A stretch of 64,000 nt of DNA. Source: an uncultured Myxococcales bacterium (GTDB taxonomy: Bacteria; Myxococcota_A; Bradymonadia; UBA7976; UBA1532). The position numbers were made by a program, and so were the translations under genes. Position 1 is the stretch's first letter, and each line of letters opens with the position of its first letter. This document shows positions 61,445 through 64,000 of the stretch, one piece after another. The DNA is taken from assembly GCA_903847385.1 (NCBI GenBank), contig CAINDO010000440.1:6129-70128 (forward strand), written 5' to 3'. The notes under the pieces are model-generated. The model saw nothing but the letters and a program-made list of their open reading frames with translations. It ran no database searches and was not told where the DNA came from.

Positions 61445-63553
61445 TCAGGGGCGCGCCCGGTAGGTGACCTGAATGTCGCCGGTGTCGCCGTGGTAGCCCT
61501 CGACCACGGCGAAGTACATGTGCCCCGCCGTGGCGTCGAACTGGATGGACGCGTAGATCGAGCCGCCGGCGTCGTCGACGCACGGCCGCCCCGCGCCGAC
61601 CTGAGCGCCGCAGTCGTCGTAGATGCTGAGCACGGTGTCGGCGCGGCTCCCCGTCGTCTCGATGCGCGCCGGGCCGTCGTGATCGGGCACGAAGGCGAAC
61701 ACGCGCTCGGCGCCGTGGGGGCCGTTGCAACCGTCCCCCGTGGGCACGGCGTCCGGCGTGGCGGCGTCCAGCGTGCCCATCGCAGGCACGCCGGGCTGGA
61801 GGGCCACCGCGTCCGCGCAGAGGCCGGCCGGGATGGGATCACAGGACGTGGCAAAACAGGCTTCCCCCGCGGGGCAGTCGGGCGCGCCGGGGCCGCAGGC
61901 GAGCACGGGCGCCGCCTCGAAGGCCAGGTTCAAGGTGAAGGGCCCGCTCTCGCCGGAGTAGCCCTCGACGACCACGTAGTAGTCCGCGCCGGCCACGACC
62001 TCGGCGGCCACGCGCGACCACTGGCCGCCGGCCCCGTTGTCGTCGTTGCAGGCGAGCTCGTTCGCGGCCGCCGCGCAGTCCGAGCGGAGCGAGAGCACCG
62101 TGTCGAAGCCCGAGCCCTCGGTGGTGAAGGTCGCCGTACCGGCCACCGCGGGCCGGTAGTGCACGATGGTCTCCGGGGCGCTGCCCGAGTCCACGCAGGC
62201 CACGGACGTCGCGTCCGCGCCGGTGTCCGTGTCGCCCGCGAGCACACCGCCCGCGGGCATCTCGAGCGGCTCGGCGCAGGTGCCCACCGCGTCCACGGGC
62301 GGGGGCGGCGGGGGCGGCGGGGGCGGCGGATCGACGGGCCCGCCGCCGCCTCCGCCCGGGACCGACTCGTCCACGAGCAGCGTGAAGGTCCCGCCCGTAC
62401 CCCACGTGTCGACGATGATCGCGTAGGTCTGGCCGGCGCGCGCCGTGAAGGTCAGCTCGGCGTCCGAGTTCAGGAAGTCGTTCTCGGTGTCGTCGTTGCA
62501 GGCCAGCTCGGTGCCCGGGTCCAGGCAGTCCGTGCGCACGTAAAGGACCGTATTCACGAACAAATCGCCCATGGCGTAGAGCGTGACCTCGGTGTCGGCG
62601 TCCCGGGTGAGCGTGAAGGCCGACTCGCCGCCGCCCGTGGGGAAGAACCCACAGCTCCCCTCGTCGCCGTTGCCGCCGGTCGCGCCGGGGTAGTCACCCG
62701 GGCCGGGGATGTCCTGGGCCGAGCCGCAAGCCGCGCCCGGCGGGGCCAGGGGCGCGTTGAAGTCCAACCCGCCGCCCCCGCCACCGCCGCCCCCGGGATC
62801 GAGGGGGTCGCCGCCGGTGCAGTGGCCGGTGTCGTCACAGGTCTGGCCCGGCGCACAGTCGGCGCTGCGCTGGCAGCACCGCTCGTTGGGGAAGTCTTCG
62901 TCGATGACACCGTCGCAGTCGTTGTCCAGGCCGTCGCAAATCTCGGGCACGCCGCCGGAGCCCGGCGGCAACTGGCACTCCACGCCGCTGCCGTCGGCCT
63001 TGCACACGAACACACCCTCGCCCTGGCAGTCGCCGCCGGCCTGGCAGGCGGTGCCCACGCTGGGGAAGTTCTCGTCGATCTCGCCGTCGCAGTCGTCGTC
63101 GCGGTCGTTGCAGGTCTCCGGCGGCGGGCTGCAGTCGCTCCACATGCCGTCCCGGCAGACCTGCAGGCCGCCGACGCAGCCCTCGGCCTGGCAGGCCTGC
63201 CGCTCGCCCTCGGTGCAGGCGCCCATGGCCGGGGGTTCCGTGGGCGGCGCCGCCGCATCCCCCATCCACGGAACCGCGGCGTCCGTGTCCGCCGCCGTGC
63301 CGCCCGTACCCGGCTGCGTGCCACCGCTGCCGGGCGTGCCGCCGATGGCCTCGGGGTCGATGGTGTACCCGCCCTGATCGCGGTCCGCCGGGGGCGCGCC
63401 GAAGCCGTAGTCCGCCTCCACCAGGGCCTTGGCGGCGTCCTCGCCACACGCCGGCAGGAGCGAGACGCCGCCGAGCAGCGCCCACGTCAGCAGGGCGTTC
63501 GAGGGGGACGGGCGGCGAAGACGGACGGAGCGGCCGGAGCGGCGATCAATCAT
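61445..63553 (-). CDS. Secreted lipoprotein with MopE-type repeats, a poly-Gly/Pro linker and three PPC-like beta domains
   Basis: Lipobox LLPAC. ETCNDRDDDCDGEIDENF and ICDGLDNDCDGVIDEDF. GGGGGGGG and PPPPPPPPPPP linkers. Confidence 0.65.
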   Translation of the reverse strand: MIDRRSGRSVRLRRPSPSNALLTWALLGGVSLLPACGEDAAKALVEADYGFGAPPADRDQGGYTIDPEAIGGTPGSGGTQPGTGGTAADTDAAVPWMGDAAAPPTEPPAMGACTEGERQACQAEGCVGGLQVCRDGMWSDCSPPPETCNDRDDDCDGEIDENFPSVGTACQAGGDCQGEGVFVCKADGSGVECQLPPGSGGVPEICDGLDNDCDGVIDEDFPNERCCQRSADCAPGQTCDDTGHCTGGDPLDPGGGGGGGGGLDFNAPLAPPGAACGSAQDIPGPGDYPGATGGNGDEGSCGFFPTGGGESAFTLTRDADTEVTLYAMGDLFVNTVLYVRTDCLDPGTELACNDDTENDFLNSDAELTFTARAGQTYAIIVDTWGTGGTFTLLVDESVPGGGGGGPVDPPPPPPPPPPPVDAVGTCAEPLEMPAGGVLAGDTDTGADATSVACVDSGSAPETIVHYRPAVAGTATFTTEGSGFDTVLSLRSDCAAAANELACNDDNGAGGQWSRVAAEVVAGADYYVVVEGYSGESGPFTLNLAFEAAPVLACGPGAPDCPAGEACFATSCDPIPAGLCADAVALQPGVPAMGTLDAATPDAVPTGDGCNGPHGAERVFAFVPDHDGPARIETTGSRADTVLSIYDDCGAQVGAGRPCVDDAGGSIYASIQFDATAGHMYFAVVEGYHGDTGDIQVTYRARP

Positions 63554-63751
63554 GGACGACTCCCGGGGGGGACGGAGGAATCGGCGCCAAGGTAATGAGG
63601 GTGCCCGAGAGGGTCAAATCGCCACGCGTGACACGGGGCCGACGTCGAAGATTCGCAGCGAACGAGGATCTTCGACACTATCGGGGTTCAGCATCGGTTT
63701 CTGTCGCCTCATCGGCGGGCCAGCACGGCCCTGCACGCCCCGGGAGTGTCC

Positions 63752-64000
63752 ATGCGTTCATCTCGAGCCGCCCGCGCGCTTCGCGCCGTGATGTGTGTCG
63801 CGTTCGTCTCGGCCTGTGGCCAGGGGGCCGACCCGGCATCCTCGTCCGGTGGGGACGCGGCCGTGAGCTCGGGCGGGTCGGGCGGGTCGGGCGGGTCGGG
63901 CGGGTCGGGTGGCTCCGGGGGCCAGGTTTTGCCCGGCGGCACGCCCGCGCCCGGCGGCTCCGGCGGCGAACCCGCGCCCGGCGGCTCCGGCGGCACGCCC
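63752..64000 (+). CDS. Lipoprotein with (GGS)n repeats; 3' end runs off the window
   Basis: MRSSRAARALRAVMCVAFVSAC carries a lipobox. GGGAG ribosome-binding site 6 nt upstream. No stop before the window ends. Confidence 0.45.
   Translation, partial: MRSSRAARALRAVMCVAFVSACGQGADPASSSGGDAAVSSGGSGGSGGSGGSGGSGGQVLPGGTPAPGGSGGEPAPGGSGGTP

Overview
The window is about 70% GC and its proteins carry MYXO-CTERM-like tails and 'CNGxDDDCDGxxDE' metal-binding repeats, so it most likely comes from a myxobacterium (Myxococcota). It is a dense secretome and accessory region with no rRNA or tRNA genes, no CRISPR array and no transposase or integrase. I called 48 coding regions by composition (avoiding the Arg-rich junk frames), signal or lipobox motifs, catalytic motifs I recognise from memory, and start/stop geometry. 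Three things stand out. (1) At 26940-35306 there is a translationally coupled operon that looks like a pathway for a modified long or branched polyamine. It contains a small-type S-adenosylmethionine decarboxylase fused to a 2-oxoglutarate/Fe(II) oxygenase domain, a DUF43 (BpsA-like) aminopropyltransferase, a membrane transporter, a second stand-alone oxygenase, a tandem-domain spermidine-synthase-like protein, a canonical SpeE and a GNAT acetyltransferase. Its first gene is broken by a +1 frameshift inside a G6 run. (2) At 8868-14158 a 1337-aa protein with an N-terminal XRE-type helix-turn-helix is divergently paired with an AbiEi/AbiEii-like pair (HTH protein plus nucleotidyltransferase) whose genes overlap as GTGA. 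The 27-bp gap between the divergent starts is AT-rich and holds a perfect 11-bp inverted repeat. (3) Most remaining genes are lipoproteins or Cys-rich secreted proteins: a two-HKD phospholipase D, a ricin-B lectin, PPC-domain proteins and three MopE-motif giants, one with a fibrinogen-related domain. Housekeeping genes (deoC, a tldD/pmbA pair, cutA, a rhodanese, a TetR/VOC pair) are interspersed. Other oddities are an in-frame TAG in front of a protein-like continuation, a terminator-like hairpin inside the tetR leader, short direct-repeat arrays in intergenic DNA, and widespread 4-nt start/stop overlaps.
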